Shown: piece after piece, positions 1 to 330 of the stretch
How the letters are laid out: each line of letters begins with the position of its first letter
Numbering within the stretch: position 1 is the first letter of the stretch
Source: Escherichia coli
GTDB lineage: Bacteria > Pseudomonadota > Gammaproteobacteria > Enterobacterales > Enterobacteriaceae
Assembly (NCBI RefSeq): GCF_003334765.1
Contig: NZ_QOWT01000140.1
Direction: 5' to 3' (one strand)
Length of the DNA: 330 bases
Translations under genes and position numbers: made by a program
Notes under the pieces: model-generated
Databases searched by the model: none
What the model was told of the DNA's origin: nothing
The model's input: the letters and a program-made list of their open reading frames with translations, nothing else

Positions 1-67
1 GGGCGTACTCATCGATTAATGACGTCGCAAGCTTTGTGGTTTTAGTTGACGTTGCAGGCATCGACAT
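1..67 (-). CDS. citG: Triphosphoribosyl-dephospho-CoA synthase CitG, N-terminal 22 codons; continues beyond the window start
   Basis: In the third minus-strand frame, an ATG at 67..65 opens a reading frame that translates to [22 protein letters not shown] and runs off the window at position 1. An in-frame TGA at 73..71 lies immediately upstream, so the ATG at 67..65 is the first possible ATG in this frame. The peptide matches my recollection of the E. coli CitG N-terminus, and citG follows citX in the citCDEFXG operon. It is absent from the ORF track because too little of it lies in the window. Confidence 0.75.
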   Translation of the reverse strand, partial: MSMPATSTKTTKLATSLIDEYA

Positions 68-330
68 CGTTCAGCAGCGCCTCCATGCGGTTGAGTAAAT
101 CGGTCAGTTGATGGGTTTTTCCACGCGCGCAAACAGCTGCGCTTTGCTCGCACAACAGGCAGCGGCGAGGCGGCAGTGAATAATCGCGGCGGGAGAGAAT
201 GTCGCCTTCGGGCGTCAGGACATCGATATCCCATAACCGCCCGAGAGGATGATTATGTTCAAGCTCAATGGTGGCGAGCTTGAGGTCGCGAGCCGGGGCG
301 GCAATGCTCAACATGCCCTCCGGCCCGCTG
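42..330 (-). CDS. citX: Apo-citrate lyase phosphoribosyl-dephospho-CoA transferase (holo-ACP synthase) CitX, C-terminal portion; 5' end lies beyond the window
   Basis: The minus-strand ORF 42..314 from the six-frame track translates to [90 protein letters not shown], which I recognise as the C-terminal half of enterobacterial CitX. The stop codon TAA is at 44..42. The frame stays open upstream of the Met at 314 through position 330 (codons read ...S-G-P-E-G-M), so the Met at 314..312 is an internal methionine and the gene is truncated by the window. Recognition is from memory; no database search was possible. Confidence 0.9.
   Translation of the reverse strand, partial: SGPEGMLSIAAPARDLKLATIELEHNHPLGRLWDIDVLTPEGDILSRRDYSLPPRRCLLCEQSAAVCARGKTHQLTDLLNRMEALLNDVDACNVN
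80..84 (-). promoter_or_regulatory. Shine-Dalgarno-like GGAGG upstream of the citG start, embedded in citX coding sequence
   Basis: The plus strand reads CCTCC at 80..84, which is GGAGG on the minus strand. It lies 12 nt upstream of the citG ATG at 67..65, which is longer than the usual 5-9 nt spacing, so assignment as the ribosome-binding site is tentative. Confidence 0.35.

Noticed and set aside
1-12. ATG at 12..10 on the minus strand (M-S-T-P...), lying 29 nt downstream of the citX stop, initially considered as the citG start
   Set aside because: It has no Shine-Dalgarno sequence. The overlapping ATG at 67..65 instead yields the peptide [22 protein letters not shown], which matches the recalled CitG N-terminus, so the 12..10 ATG is simply out of frame within citG.
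21-26. GACGTC palindrome in the citG 5' region
   Set aside because: A 6-bp palindrome is expected by chance, and there is no flanking half-site structure suggesting a regulator-binding operator.
125-148. Short GC-rich inverted repeat (GCGC ... CAGCTG ... GCGC) followed by TTT on the plus strand, resembling a weak intrinsic terminator
   Set aside because: The stem is only about 4 bp, it sits in the middle of the citX coding sequence, and it is on the strand opposite to transcription. Such short palindromes are expected by chance in GC-rich coding DNA.
16-234. 72-aa minus-strand ORF from the six-frame track ([34 protein letters not shown]...), overlapping citX in another frame
   Set aside because: It is Arg/Pro/Ser-rich and low-complexity, as expected for an alternate frame of GC-rich coding sequence. 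It lies entirely within the well-supported citX and citG reading frames and I recognise no similarity to any known protein. Most likely a spurious overlapping ORF.
312-314. ATG at 314..312 given as the ORF start in the six-frame track
   Set aside because: The reading frame is open upstream to the window edge (...SGPEG-M) and the recalled CitX protein is about twice this length, so this is an internal methionine rather than the citX start.
1-330. Possibility of a novel or undescribed system such as defence, toxin-antitoxin or a mobile element
   Set aside because: The whole window is accounted for by two recognisable, contiguous citrate lyase accessory genes in their canonical order. There are no unexplained ORFs, repeats, or compositional shifts.

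Overview
This 330-bp window is ordinary, well-characterised citrate-fermentation operon sequence, not a novel system. Both genes lie on the minus strand. Most of the window (42..330) is the C-terminal part of citX, encoding the apo-citrate lyase holo-ACP synthase; its reading frame is open to the window edge at 330, so the true start lies outside and the ORF-track Met at 314 is internal. The first 67 bases carry the start of citG, encoding triphosphoribosyl-dephospho-CoA synthase, in a different frame and overlapping the citX 3' end by 26 nt. The ORF track misses citG because only 22 codons fall inside the window. This matches the enterobacterial citCDEFXG order, and the translated peptides match my recollection of Escherichia coli CitX and CitG, so the source is probably E. 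coli or a close relative; this is unverified without a database search. No RNA genes, mobile elements, CRISPR repeats or convincing terminators are visible. Findings are minor: the overlap junction, an ambiguous citG start with a Shine-Dalgarno-like GGAGG inside citX, and a cysteine cluster in CitX of unknown significance.
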